This document shows, piece after piece, positions 15,498 to 24,886 of a stretch of 32,000 nucleotides of DNA. Origin of the DNA: Ferroglobus placidus DSM 10642. Its GTDB lineage: Archaea; Halobacteriota; Archaeoglobi; Archaeoglobales; Archaeoglobaceae. The stretch spans positions 240,001-272,000 of the forward strand of contig NC_013849.1 of assembly GCF_000025505.1 (NCBI RefSeq). Reading direction: 5' to 3'. Under the pieces are notes generated by a model. The model saw nothing but the letters and a program-made list of their open reading frames with translations, had not been told where the DNA came from and made no database searches. The translations under genes and the position numbers were made by a program. Within the stretch, counting starts at the first letter, position 1. Every line of letters begins with the position of its first letter.

Positions 15498-15822
15498 AAG
15501 GCTTACCTCCAGCTTTAAAGGAAAAAAAAGATATATCGCTTTGGAATTTATCGGCGATAGAGAAATAAGCAGAGAGGAGATTTATGAGAAGCTGAAAGAA
15601 CAGCTTCTCGAACTTTACGGCGAGTTTGGTTACGCTGACTTCAGGATAATTCAGTTTAGAGATAACAAGGGAATTATCTCCGTGAAGCTTAGGGACTTGG
15701 AAAAAACTAAAAATGCAATCACGCTGATAAGTGATGTTAATGGAACGAAAGTTGTTCCCGTAATATTGGGAGTTAGCGGGACGATAAGATCCTGCAGAAG
15801 GAAGTACTTAGGAGGTGATTGA
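15484..15822 (+). CDS. rnp2: RNase P protein component 2 (Pop5 homolog). The conserved N-terminus is in another frame, starting at ATG 15494.
   Basis: ...KKRYIALEFIGDREISREEIYEKL... is Pop5-like. The canonical Pop5 start (M..LPPtLr.KkRYi) is encoded as MKGLPPALKEKK from ATG 15494, which forms an ATGA overlap with the rnp3 stop, in the frame one nt ahead. See the A8 run feature. Confidence 0.75.
   Translation: MRSYERLTSSFKGKKRYIALEFIGDREISREEIYEKLKEQLLELYGEFGYADFRIIQFRDNKGIISVKLRDLEKTKNAITLISDVNGTKVVPVILGVSGTIRSCRRKYLGGD
15522..15529 (+). other. A8 homopolymer / A-AAA-AAA slippery heptamer where the two Pop5 reading frames meet
   Basis: Read directly: aaag-gaaaaaaaa-gatat. A -1 slip (or a 9th A) after GAA AAA AAA joins MKGLPPALKEKK to RYIALEFIGD... 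Confidence 0.8.
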
Positions 15823-16548
15823 ATGCATCTTCCGCAGATGGGATACGATAGAGCCATAACCGTATTCAGCCCGGACGGAAGACTGTTTCAGGTTGAATAC
15901 GCAAGAGAGGCTGTTAAGAGAGGAGCAACAGCAATAGGTGTGAAAACGAAGGAAGGAGTCGTGCTTTTGGCAGACAGAAGGGTTGCGAGCAGGTTGCTCG
16001 AAGCGGACACTATAGAGAAGATATACAAGATAGACGAGCACATCTGTGCCGCAACTTCCGGCTTGGTGGCTGATGCGAGAGTTCTGATAGACAGAGCAAG
16101 GCTCGAAGCCCAGATAAACAGGCTGACCTATGATGAGCCGATAAGCGTTAAGGAGCTTGCCAAAAGGATCTGCGACTTCAAGCAGCAGTACACCCAGTAC
16201 GGAGGAGTGAGACCTTTCGGTGTTTCCTTACTCTTAGCCGGAGTAGACGAGAAGCCGAGGCTGTACGAGACCGATCCGAGCGGAGCGATGCTCGAATACA
16301 AAGCTACCGCCATAGGCTCGGAAAGAAACGTTGTAATGGAGTACTTCGAGAAGGAATACAGGGAAGACCTGACGCTGGATGAAGCTATAATTCACGGGCT
16401 AATAGCCATGAAAAAGGCTATTGAAGCCGATTTAATGCCGGAAGGAATTGAGATAGGAATAGTTAGAGTCGAGGACAAAAAATTCAGAGAATTGAGCGTG
16501 GAGGAAATTGCCGAATACATCAAGAAAGCAAACGAGGCTTCACAGTAA
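15823..16548 (+). CDS. psmA: Proteasome subunit alpha
   Basis: [27 protein letters not shown] is the alpha-subunit N-terminal signature. Confidence 0.95.
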   Translation: MHLPQMGYDRAITVFSPDGRLFQVEYAREAVKRGATAIGVKTKEGVVLLADRRVASRLLEADTIEKIYKIDEHICAATSGLVADARVLIDRARLEAQINRLTYDEPISVKELAKRICDFKQQYTQYGGVRPFGVSLLLAGVDEKPRLYETDPSGAMLEYKATAIGSERNVVMEYFEKEYREDLTLDEAIIHGLIAMKKAIEADLMPEGIEIGIVRVEDKKFRELSVEEIAEYIKKANEASQ

Positions 16549-16559
16549 GGTGAAGCCTT

Positions 16560-17267
16560 ATGGTGTCCCTTGAGAAGGCAGTGGTGGCGAGGTTGAAAAA
16601 AGGGGGAATGGTTTTTGAGGTTCTCGTAGACCCTTATTTAGCGAGGGATCTTAAGGAAGGAAAAGATGTGAACTTCGAAGAGCTTGTGGCGGTCGAAGAA
16701 ATCTTTCACGATGCGAGAAAAGGTGAGAGAGCTTCGACAGAAGATTTGCAGAAGGTTTTCGGCACGACGAACGTCAGAGAGATAATAAAGAAAATCGTGA
16801 TGGAAGGAGAGGTTCAGCTAACAGCAGAGCAGAGGAAGGAGATGCTCGAACAAAAGAAAAAGCAGATAATAGAGTACATAAGGAGAAACAGCGTTGATCC
16901 GAGAACCGGCGCTCCACACACATACGCGAGAATAGAATCGGCTTTAGAGGAGGCTAAGGTGAACATAGACATATTTAAACCGGTTGAAGCTCAGGTGAAG
17001 GACGTCGTAAAAGCTTTAAAGCCGATTCTTCCTCTGAGGTTCGAGGAGATAGAGATAGCCATAAAAATTCCGCCCGAACATACTGGTAGGGCTATAAGCG
17101 CTCTCTATTCCTTCGGAAAAATTTTGAAAGAGGAGTGGCAGAGCGACGGTAGCTGGATCTGCGTTATGAGAATTCCAGCCGGGATGCACGGAGAATTGCT
17201 CGATCTTCTCGGAAAAGTGGCGAAGGGAGAGGCTTTAACAAAAATCTTAAGGAGGGTTCAGGGATGA
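16560..17267 (+). CDS. SBDS-family ribosome maturation protein (Sdo1 homolog)
   Basis: [17 protein letters not shown]... is an FYSH-domain-like start. Its position between psmA and rrp4 matches the archaeal superoperon. Confidence 0.85.
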   Translation: MVSLEKAVVARLKKGGMVFEVLVDPYLARDLKEGKDVNFEELVAVEEIFHDARKGERASTEDLQKVFGTTNVREIIKKIVMEGEVQLTAEQRKEMLEQKKKQIIEYIRRNSVDPRTGAPHTYARIESALEEAKVNIDIFKPVEAQVKDVVKALKPILPLRFEEIEIAIKIPPEHTGRAISALYSFGKILKEEWQSDGSWICVMRIPAGMHGELLDLLGKVAKGEALTKILRRVQG

Positions 17268-17944
17268 GGACGATAGTTCTCCCCGGAGATTTGCTCGCCA
17301 CAAATCCGAAAGTGGCTGGACACGGAACTTACGTGGAGAACGGAAAGGTTTACGCTAAGTTTCTGGGATTGCTGGATAAAACGGAAACTTCCGTTAGAGT
17401 AATTCCCCTAAGAGGAAAGTACATTCCCTCGGTAGGAGATGTAGTTGTGGGAGTCGTGAAGGAAGTTACCGTAAACGGATGGGTTGTTGAAATAAATTCC
17501 CCTTACATGGCTTTCCTTCCCGCTCAGGAAAATCCGGAGATGAAGCCGAACAAAAAGCCCAACGAAGTTTTGGACATAGGAGACATAATAGTTGCGAAGA
17601 TCATCAACATAGATCCGAAGATGAAGGCGACGCTGACGATGAAGGATAAGATGTGTCGCCCGATACGCTTCGGAAGAATAGTGGCGATAAATCCGGCGAG
17701 AGTGCCGAGAGTTATAGGCAAGAAGGGAAGCATGATAAAGCTCTTCAAAAACGAGCTTGGAGTGAACGTGATAGTCGGTCAGAACGGCTTAATCTGGTTA
17801 AACGGTGACAGGAGGAAGGTAAACATAGTGGAGGAGGCGATATACATAATAGAGCAGGAGGCACATACCGAAGGTTTGACGGATAGAATAGCCGAGTTTA
17901 TTAAGAAAAAGAAGGGTGAGCTCGAAAATGCAGGAGGAAGTTAA
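17264..17944 (+). CDS. rrp4: Exosome complex RNA-binding subunit Rrp4
   Basis: The S1-like segment is [23 protein letters not shown]. The KH GxxG segment is IGKKGSMIK. Confidence 0.9.
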   Translation: MRTIVLPGDLLATNPKVAGHGTYVENGKVYAKFLGLLDKTETSVRVIPLRGKYIPSVGDVVVGVVKEVTVNGWVVEINSPYMAFLPAQENPEMKPNKKPNEVLDIGDIIVAKIINIDPKMKATLTMKDKMCRPIRFGRIVAINPARVPRVIGKKGSMIKLFKNELGVNVIVGQNGLIWLNGDRRKVNIVEEAIYIIEQEAHTEGLTDRIAEFIKKKKGELENAGGS

Positions 17945-18665
17945 GCTTATAGTCGATGGAAGGAGAATTGATGGAAGGCTGCCCGACGAACTGAGACCGA
18001 TAAAAATCGAAGCTGGAGTTTTGAAAAACGCTGACGGGAGCTGTTACTTGGAAATGGGGAAAAACAAGGTGATGGCAGCAGTCTACGGACCGAGAAAAGT
18101 TCAGCCAAAACACTTAGCAGACCCAACGCAGGCGATAGTTAGATACAGATACAACATGGCTCCCTTCAGCGTTGAGGAGAGAAAAAGACCCGGTCCGGAT
18201 AGAAGGAGCGTCGAAATTTCCAAAGTGAGCAGAGAAGCTCTCGAGTCGATAATAATGAAAGAACTCTTTCCGAGGAGCAGCATAGACATATTCGTTGAAG
18301 TCCTTCAGGCTGACGCTGGGAGCAGAACGGCTTGTTTAAACGCTGCAAGCGTAGCATTAGTAGATGCGGGAATTCCGATGAAGGGAATTATTACGAGCGT
18401 TGCCGTGGCAAAGGTAGATGGAGTTTTAGTTCTCGATCCGATGAAAGAGGAGGACAACTACGGCGAGGCAGACATTCCCTTTGCTTTCTTCATAAGAAAC
18501 GGAAAAATAGAGTCGATAGCTTTACTGCAAATGGACGGAAGAGTCACAAAAGAAGAGTTGATGCAGGCTGTCGAATTGGCTAAAAAAGGTGCGATGGAGA
18601 TTTACAAGCTCCAGAGGGAAGCGATAATGAGAAAGTATAGAGTTGAGGAGGAGGAAGAGGAATGA
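17916..18665 (+). CDS. rrp41: Exosome complex exonuclease Rrp41 (RNase PH fold)
   Basis: It has [15 protein letters not shown] and [22 protein letters not shown]. The start is either GTG 17916 or the in-frame ATG 17928. Confidence 0.9.
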   Translation: MSSKMQEEVKLIVDGRRIDGRLPDELRPIKIEAGVLKNADGSCYLEMGKNKVMAAVYGPRKVQPKHLADPTQAIVRYRYNMAPFSVEERKRPGPDRRSVEISKVSREALESIIMKELFPRSSIDIFVEVLQADAGSRTACLNAASVALVDAGIPMKGIITSVAVAKVDGVLVLDPMKEEDNYGEADIPFAFFIRNGKIESIALLQMDGRVTKEELMQAVELAKKGAMEIYKLQREAIMRKYRVEEEEEE

Positions 18666-19441
18666 ACGATGACATTCTTGCCGAAGTTAGAAGGGATTAC
18701 GTTCTCTCAAAGATTAGGGACGGAGAGAGAATAGACGGTAGGAAGTTCGACGAAATAAGGAAAATAGAGATTCAAACCGGAGTAATCGAGAAGGCTGAAG
18801 GTTCCGCTTTGGTAAAACTCGGCAATACCCAAGTGTTAGTTGGAGTGAAAATGCAGCCCGGAGAACCTTTTCCAGATGCTCCAAATAAGGGAATTATCAT
18901 CACGAACGCCGAGCTCGTGCCTTTAGCTTCTCCAACTTTCGAACCCGGTCCTCCGGATGAGAACGCTATAGAACTTGCGAGAGTCGTTGACAGGGGAATT
19001 AGAGAGAGCGAAGCCGTTGATTTGGAGAAGCTTTGCATAGAGGAAGGTGAGAAGGTCTGGCTGATATTTATAGACATCTGGGCTTTGGATGATGACGGAA
19101 ATCTGCTCGACGCTTCTGCTTTGGGAGCAATAGCTGCTTTGCTTAATACGACAGTTCCGGCAGAAAGATTTGAAGTTGGAGACGACTTTCCCTTGCCAGT
19201 TAGAGATCTGCCGGTTGCGATTACCTCGCTTATAGTTGAAAACAAAATACTCGTGGATCCGATAAAGGATGAGACGAGCGTTGCAAAGAACTTTTTGACG
19301 ATAACCACCGACAGCGAAGACAACATCGTGGCGATTCAGAAGAGTGGCTCTTACCTACTCCCAGAGGAAAAGTTTTATGAAGCGATCGAGTTGAGCATTA
19401 GGAAAGCGAGAGAAGTAAGAAAACTGCTGGCAGAGGTGTAA
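18662..19441 (+). CDS. rrp42: Exosome complex subunit Rrp42 (RNase PH fold)
   Basis: [41 protein letters not shown]. It has an ATGA overlap with rrp41. Confidence 0.9.
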   Translation: MNDDILAEVRRDYVLSKIRDGERIDGRKFDEIRKIEIQTGVIEKAEGSALVKLGNTQVLVGVKMQPGEPFPDAPNKGIIITNAELVPLASPTFEPGPPDENAIELARVVDRGIRESEAVDLEKLCIEEGEKVWLIFIDIWALDDDGNLLDASALGAIAALLNTTVPAERFEVGDDFPLPVRDLPVAITSLIVENKILVDPIKDETSVAKNFLTITTDSEDNIVAIQKSGSYLLPEEKFYEAIELSIRKAREVRKLLAEV

Positions 19442-19444
19442 GAA

Positions 19445-19705
19445 ATGGCAAGGACGAAGAAGGTTAAGATGGCTGGAAGGTTTGGACCGAGGTACGGACT
19501 TAGGATCAGGAGGGCCGTAGTTGAAATTGAAGTTCAGCAGAGAAGAAAGTACGTTTGCAGAAGATGCGGAAAGAGGGCTGTGAAGAGGGTCGGAACGGCT
19601 ATCTGGGAGTGCAAGAGCTGCGGTTACAAGTTCGCCGGGGGAACGTACATTCCGGAAACATCCGCAAGAAAAATCGTTGAGCAAGCTATAAGCAGGAGGG
19701 AGTGA
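19445..19705 (+). CDS. rpl37ae: 50S ribosomal protein L37Ae (eL43)
   Basis: It has GRFGPRYGLRIRR and the zinc ribbon CRRCG...CKSCG. Confidence 0.9.
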   Translation: MARTKKVKMAGRFGPRYGLRIRRAVVEIEVQQRRKYVCRRCGKRAVKRVGTAIWECKSCGYKFAGGTYIPETSARKIVEQAISRRE

Positions 19706-19707
19706 GT

Positions 19708-19845
19708 TTGTACATCTGCGTCTTCTGCAAATCCGAAGTGGACGTGGATCTCGTGAGGAACAGGATACAGTGTCCCAAGTGCGGAAGCAGAATAGTCATG
19801 AAGCCGCGCCCGCCGGCTATGAAAAAGAGGGTTAAGGCAATCTAA
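19708..19845 (+). CDS. rpoP: DNA-directed RNA polymerase subunit P (Rpo12). The 45-aa ORF is below the ORF-track cutoff.
   Basis: Own translation: (L/M)YICVFCKSEVDVDLVRNRIQCPKCGSRIVMKPRPPAMKKRVKAI*. It has a CxxC...CxxC zinc ribbon, an AGGAGG 8 nt upstream of TTG 19708, and the expected position after L37Ae. Confidence 0.8.
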   Translation: MYICVFCKSEVDVDLVRNRIQCPKCGSRIVMKPRPPAMKKRVKAI

Positions 19846-19857
19846 CTCTTTTGTTTT

Positions 19858-20679
19858 ATGGAATGGTTCGTCGAAGAATATAACGGAGCAGCTTTAAAAA
19901 TTGCGGTAAAAAAGAAGATCGTCGAGAAATTAAGCAAATTTCAGAAAATAGAGATATACGAGACTGTTAGCTTCGGAAAAATGCTCGTTTTAGACGGAAA
20001 AATTCAGCTGACCGAAAAAGACGAGGCTTTTTACCACGAAATGCTCGTTCACGTCCCTTTAATTTCCCACAAAGATCCGAAAAAAGTTCTCATCGTCGGT
20101 GGAGGAGACGGAGGAAGTCTTAGAGAGGTTTTAAAGCACGATCCGGAAGAGGCTGTTCTCGTTGAAATAGACGGAGAAGTTATAGAGCTAAGCAAGAAGT
20201 ACCTCGGAATAGACGGAGGAGCGTTTGAAGACAATAGAGTGAGCGTTCTCGTCGAAGACGGATACGAATTTTTAAAGGAATCAAAAGAGAAGTTCGACGT
20301 GATAATAGTTGACGGCACCGATCCAAATCCTTTCAGCATGAGAATTTCGGAAGAGGAATTTTACGGGCTCTCAAATAAAAAGTGCGACATCTTCACAACC
20401 CAATCCCAATCTCCCTTCGCTCAAAGGGATTACTTCAAGCAAGTTGTTAGGAGTTTGAAAAAATCTTTTGAAAGCTTTAAAATCTACCTCGGTTTCGTTC
20501 CAACTTACCCGCTCGGCTTGTGGAGTTACGCAATAGCGAAAAACTTTGAGCTTGATTTAGATGTCGTCAAGGAAAGATTCGAAAGTAGAGAATTGAAAAC
20601 GAAGTACTACTCTCCGGAAGTTCACGTTGCAAGCTTTTCTCTGCCGAGATGGATTGAAAAGTTGATAGAGGAAGCTTAA
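19858..20679 (+). CDS. speE: Spermidine synthase / polyamine aminopropyltransferase
   Basis: It has FQKIEIYETVSFGKMLVLDGKIQLTEKDEAFYHEMLVH, VLIVGGGDGGSLREVLKH, VEIDGEVI and IIVDGTDP. Confidence 0.85.
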   Translation: MEWFVEEYNGAALKIAVKKKIVEKLSKFQKIEIYETVSFGKMLVLDGKIQLTEKDEAFYHEMLVHVPLISHKDPKKVLIVGGGDGGSLREVLKHDPEEAVLVEIDGEVIELSKKYLGIDGGAFEDNRVSVLVEDGYEFLKESKEKFDVIIVDGTDPNPFSMRISEEEFYGLSNKKCDIFTTQSQSPFAQRDYFKQVVRSLKKSFESFKIYLGFVPTYPLGLWSYAIAKNFELDLDVVKERFESRELKTKYYSPEVHVASFSLPRWIEKLIEEA

Positions 20680-20689
20680 AGTTTAAGTA
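20678..20689 (+). promoter_or_regulatory. TATA-like box (aaagtttaagta) about 21-32 nt upstream of the RNase P RNA 5' end
   Basis: It is an A/T-rich box at the distance expected for an archaeal promoter. This is an inference only. Confidence 0.3.
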
Positions 20690-20709
20690 CTCTGAAAGCT
20701 AACATTTCT

Positions 20710-20964
20710 GGGGGGAGAGGTGGGGGGCGGCTTCCCGGGAGGAGGAAAGTCCCCCCACCGTTAACGGCGGGACGCCGCAAGGCGTCACGCCGAGAGGCGT
20801 GGCTCCGGCACAGAAACGACACCCGCTTGGGGATACGCGAGGAGGCCGAAAGGCTGAGATCACCCAAGCGGGATGAAACGCGCCGTCCCCGCCGGTGCAA
20901 GGCGTAAGCCGCTGAGACGAATGCCGCCTTAAACAGAAGGGGGCTTACCACCACCTCTCCCCCC
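20710..20964 (+). ncRNA. rnpB: RNase P RNA
   Basis: It is a G+C-rich block in an A+T-rich spacer. It has the universal GGAGGAAAGTCC (CR-I), CACAGAAA, and ACAGAAGGGGGCTTAC (CR-V). A perfect 14-bp terminal P1 helix pairs ggggggagaggtgg (20710-20723) with ccacctctcccccc (20951-20964). The 96-aa minus-strand ORF here is spurious. Confidence 0.9.
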
Positions 20965-21036
20965 AAATCGGAATATTTTTATTCAAGAAAAGACAGAAAA
21001 GATTAAAACTGTTCTCACGATAACGGAGGTGAAAAT

Positions 21037-21216
21037 ATGCTGGAGCTGATGATAGAGAGGTACGGATTAGGCGTAAAGAGGGTGTATCCAGAAGATTGCC
21101 AGCTCTGCATTTCCGGCTACACAGGAAAAAGGTGCAAGTATCTGAAAAAAGTTAAGAGAGAATACTTCTGCGTTAGAGACGCTGTAAAGGATGTAGACAA
21201 CAGATTGCTCTTCTAA
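21037..21216 (+). CDS. Small hypothetical Cys-containing protein (59 aa, below the ORF-track cutoff)
   Basis: Own translation: MLELMIERYGLGVKRVYPEDCQLCISGYTGKRCKYLKKVKREYFCVRDAVKDVDNRLLF*. A strong RBS (GGAGGTG) lies 5 nt upstream of the ATG. I recognise no family. Confidence 0.35.
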   Translation: MLELMIERYGLGVKRVYPEDCQLCISGYTGKRCKYLKKVKREYFCVRDAVKDVDNRLLF

Positions 21217-22061
21217 TTTTTTACGAACTTTTCTCCTACCTTCGCAACTTTACCCTTTCGCATCAGAATTTCGAGGTGCTTTTTGATCATGTTTCCTTCG
21301 AAGTAATCCAGCAGATCTTTGAAAAGACTGTTCTTCCTTCCGTAAATTAAGGAAAGTTTCACGAGTTCCTCCAAACTCTTAGGAGTTCTTAAAGCCTCGA
21401 GAATTTTCTCTTCCCGCTTTTTAAAATGAGAAACGAACTCTTCGAGCTTTTTAAGAGCTTCTTCTCTGCTGAAAACCCCTTCGTGAGAGCTGACGTAAAC
21501 TTCGAAGTCGAGAGTTTCAAGTTTTCTTACGCTCTTTTCGAACTTTTCTGGATCGCTTTCCGGATTTCCGTACCAAGGTCCGAATTTCGTCAAGTCGACG
21601 TCCGCTCCGAACAGAATTTTTCCATCTATTAAAAACACGTGCATGTCCCTCGTATGCCCTTCGACTTTAATCGCTTCTATCTCGTGATTCGAGGCTCTTA
21701 TGACTTCACCGCTTTCGTACTTTTCAGCTTTAAATGATCTGAGACCCATAACTTCAGAAACAACTTTCATCCACTTTTCAGCTAAAGGCGGAGCAAACCT
21801 CTTCGCGAGCGTCTCTATTTCAGTCTCAACGTCCGGAGAAAGAACTTTTTTCCCAGTTTCGTTGAAAATCCAAGCTCCAGCGGCGTGATCAGGATGGGTG
21901 TGAGTTAAAAGGAGAATATCAACTTTTTGAGAGAGCTCTCTAACGATATCTATTCCGCATCCAGCATCTATAATGACGTTTCCAACTATCAACGAATTGC
22001 AGTAAGGATACTTTCCTTTATTTTTCCCTTCAACGAAGTAAATTCCGTCAGCCAGCTTCAT
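21213..22061 (-). CDS. MBL-fold metallo-hydrolase
   Basis: It has the HxHxDH motif LLLTHTHPDHAAGA and downstream His/Asp ligands. It has an ATGA overlap with the leuS stop. Confidence 0.8.
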   Translation of the reverse strand: MKLADGIYFVEGKNKGKYPYCNSLIVGNVIIDAGCGIDIVRELSQKVDILLLTHTHPDHAAGAWIFNETGKKVLSPDVETEIETLAKRFAPPLAEKWMKVVSEVMGLRSFKAEKYESGEVIRASNHEIEAIKVEGHTRDMHVFLIDGKILFGADVDLTKFGPWYGNPESDPEKFEKSVRKLETLDFEVYVSSHEGVFSREEALKKLEEFVSHFKKREEKILEALRTPKSLEELVKLSLIYGRKNSLFKDLLDYFEGNMIKKHLEILMRKGKVAKVGEKFVKN

Positions 22062-24847
22062 ACAACGTATATCGCCGGTTTACCTGGCATAGCAGCTTTT
22101 CTCTTCTCCTCCGGCACCTTGCTCTCGTCGAGGTATACTTTAACCTTAAGCTCCTTTTCGAAGAATTCCAGAGCTTCTGAAATCACCTTTCTCTCATCGA
22201 TCTCGTAGAAATCGAAGCCCTCTTTGAAAAGTCTCTTCACGAAAGAGGGGATTTCCTTCTTCAAATCCTTAAACCTCTCGTCGCTCATTATCACTTTCAT
22301 CGCCTCTTTCATGTTTCCGGTTTGTTTGGCTATCTTAGCCACCTCCCTCTTCCATTCCTCAGCAACAGCAATATAAACTTCCTTCGCATCCTTAACGAAC
22401 TTCATAATCTCAGAAATGTCCTTCAAAAGAGTTCTGATGTAATTTTCCGCCACTTCAGCCTTTTCATCAACCTTAGACTCATCGTATTCGGGATACTTCT
22501 CAAGGCTGACAAAGTTATCGTGCTTCATACTCCAAAGCTCTTCGCAGATGTGGGGAGCGAAGGGGGCGAGAAGCCTGATCCAGTCGTCGAGAATTAAAAC
22601 AAGGTTCTTTCCACCTCTCCTCAGGTACCACCTAACATCGTTCATCATTTCGAAAAACGCAGCATTTACTGCTCTCCTCGTTTGTAGTTTTTCCATAGCA
22701 TCTCTCGTTTCCTTTATTGCTTTCTGCATTCTGCTAACAAGCCACTTATCGAGAGTCGTCATCTCCTCAGGCTCTTTGAGGTAGTTCTCCTTCACTATTT
22801 CGTAAAACCTCCTCAGATTGCTTGCCAAGCCTTCAACATCCTTCCTCCTCCAGTCAGCGTCGCTATCGTATTCGGCAGCGTGCAGGATGTAAAGCCTCGT
22901 AACATCAGCTCCGAACTCCTCAACAGCCTTCTTCATCGTCAAGAGCGGACCTTTACTTTTGCTCATTTTCTGCCCTTCCAAACTGACGTAGCCGTTTACG
23001 GCTATAGCTCTCGGCCAGTACTTTTCCGGGAATAGCGCTACGTGATGGAAGAGGTAGAAGAGGAGGTGGTTAGCGACTAAATCTTTTCCAGAGCTTCTCA
23101 GGTCTACCGGATACCAGTACTCGAACTCCCTCTTTACCTCTTCAATGACTTCTCTGCTCAAACCGCTCTTTTTGGCGACTTCTTCGACACTTCCCTTGCT
23201 TAAAAACACGTAGTCGAAAAACTCTGGAACGAGGTTTTCCGGCTTTAGCTTTCCGGAATTGACGAATTTAGCGATTATGTAATAAGCCATGTAAATCGTC
23301 GAGTCCGAAAGGCTTTCTATGAGCCATTCCCTATCCCAAGGAATTCTCGTTCCCAGTCCCTTTCTCCTCGCACAGGCTTTATCCTTCAACCACTCGATTT
23401 TATTTCTGAACTCCTTCTTGTAATATTCGGGGATTATCGTCATTCTTTCGAGATGTTCAAGCACTTTCTTCTTCCACTCTTCGTTTGAATAGTTTATGAA
23501 CCACTGATCCTTCACAACTTTAACTACGCATTTCGTTCCGCACCTGCAAACAACAGGCTTTTCGCTGAACTCGTAAAAGACGTCGCCAAGGTTGTTTTTA
23601 ATCAGGTAATCGTGAACCTTTTCCTTAGCTTCCGAAACCGGAACTCCGGGGAAGAGGGTGTTGTCGAGCATAACTCCTTTATGGTACTCTTTCTTGTAAA
23701 TTATCTTCGTAGCTTTTTCCAAAGCTTCATCCTTCTGATCTTTTATCCCCATCTCCTCAACTATCTCTTTAGCCGGAATTTCGTAATTCTCCTCCTCTAT
23801 TTTTATCAGAACTATAGGCTTCAAGCTCTCAACGAGCTTCTTATCGATTCCGTATTTTTTCAAAGTTTCTTCGTCCTCCGCAAGCTGTTTTAAGGCTACG
23901 TAATCGTAGGGAGCGTGAGCGGGGACGCTCATAACAACTCCGGTGGCATTGTCGGTGTCAATGAATTCTGCTGGAAGAATCGGCACCTTTTCTTTAGTCA
24001 CCGGATTTTCGACAACCTTTCCAAAGAACTCCTCAGCATCAACTTCTCCAAGCTTCTCGACTTTCTTATCAAAGTACTTCAACTTCTCAAATGCTTCAAA
24101 ACTCACGATCCACTTCTCCCCATCGACTTTAGCCAAAACGTACTTCGTAGGCTTCAACCAGATGTTAGTGACTCCGAAAACTGTCTCGGGTCTAAGAGTT
24201 GCACACGGAAAGATGATGTCGCCTAATCTGAACTTTATAACCGTGTACTCAACGATCGTAGCCTCTTCGCCCATTAAGAGGTCGTGATCTTCAACCGGAT
24301 TGTTGTCGTTCGGACAGAATCTGACGGGATGAGAACCTTTAACAATCAGCCCCTTCTCCTTCAACCTCCAGTACTGCCACTCGATAAATTTCTGGTAGCA
24401 TTCATCCATCGTCGTGAATTTTCTCCTCCAGTCTATGGAGTAGCCGATCATCTTCATAGCCTTTTCCGCTTCCTTTGAGAAGTACTCGACTATTCTCTCA
24501 GGAGTCGTTAAAGTCAGAAGGATTTCCTCGGGGACGTTGTGGTATTGAGTGTAAACTTTAATCGTTCTCTCGTCTCTCTTTTGTATAAGCTCAGCCAGAC
24601 CGATTATAGGAGTGCCAGTGACGTGAAATCCCATAGGAAAGAGAACGTTGTAGCCAAGCATTCTCTTATATCTCGCAACAGCATCTCCTATCGTAAACGT
24701 TCTTGTATGACCAGCGTGAAGATTTCCGTTCAAATACGGGTACGGGATGGTTATGAAAAACTTCTCTCTGTCATCCGGATCAGCCTGAAAAATTCTGCTT
24801 TCCTCCCACTTTTTCTGCCATTTTTCTTCAATCTCCCTAAAATCCAT
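22058..24847 (-). CDS. leuS: Leucine--tRNA ligase
   Basis: It has MDFREIEEKWQKKWEE, a HIGH-type LNGNLHAGHTRT and the KMSKS motif GQKMSKSKG. ATG 24847 fits the conserved N-terminus. The ORF-track start at 24886 adds 13 non-conserved residues. Confidence 0.95.
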   Translation of the reverse strand: MDFREIEEKWQKKWEESRIFQADPDDREKFFITIPYPYLNGNLHAGHTRTFTIGDAVARYKRMLGYNVLFPMGFHVTGTPIIGLAELIQKRDERTIKVYTQYHNVPEEILLTLTTPERIVEYFSKEAEKAMKMIGYSIDWRRKFTTMDECYQKFIEWQYWRLKEKGLIVKGSHPVRFCPNDNNPVEDHDLLMGEEATIVEYTVIKFRLGDIIFPCATLRPETVFGVTNIWLKPTKYVLAKVDGEKWIVSFEAFEKLKYFDKKVEKLGEVDAEEFFGKVVENPVTKEKVPILPAEFIDTDNATGVVMSVPAHAPYDYVALKQLAEDEETLKKYGIDKKLVESLKPIVLIKIEEENYEIPAKEIVEEMGIKDQKDEALEKATKIIYKKEYHKGVMLDNTLFPGVPVSEAKEKVHDYLIKNNLGDVFYEFSEKPVVCRCGTKCVVKVVKDQWFINYSNEEWKKKVLEHLERMTIIPEYYKKEFRNKIEWLKDKACARRKGLGTRIPWDREWLIESLSDSTIYMAYYIIAKFVNSGKLKPENLVPEFFDYVFLSKGSVEEVAKKSGLSREVIEEVKREFEYWYPVDLRSSGKDLVANHLLFYLFHHVALFPEKYWPRAIAVNGYVSLEGQKMSKSKGPLLTMKKAVEEFGADVTRLYILHAAEYDSDADWRRKDVEGLASNLRRFYEIVKENYLKEPEEMTTLDKWLVSRMQKAIKETRDAMEKLQTRRAVNAAFFEMMNDVRWYLRRGGKNLVLILDDWIRLLAPFAPHICEELWSMKHDNFVSLEKYPEYDESKVDEKAEVAENYIRTLLKDISEIMKFVKDAKEVYIAVAEEWKREVAKIAKQTGNMKEAMKVIMSDERFKDLKKEIPSFVKRLFKEGFDFYEIDERKVISEALEFFEKELKVKVYLDESKVPEEKRKAAMPGKPAIYVV

Positions 24848-24886
24848 ATGGATTAGGGTTGAAAAAGTGAATAAAAAATTAATCAT

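Noticed and set aside
18772-19326. A 184-aa minus-strand ORF lies inside rrp42. Similar antisense ORFs occur in rrp41, narG (26875-27447 and others), leuS and acdA.
   Set aside because: They lie wholly within well-supported genes on the other strand and have Ser/Leu-rich nonsense-like composition. They are typical antisense frame artefacts.
20676-20966. A 96-aa minus-strand ORF (MGGEVVVSPLLFKAAF...).
   Set aside because: It coincides exactly with the RNase P RNA. The open frame is a by-product of the G+C-rich RNA gene.
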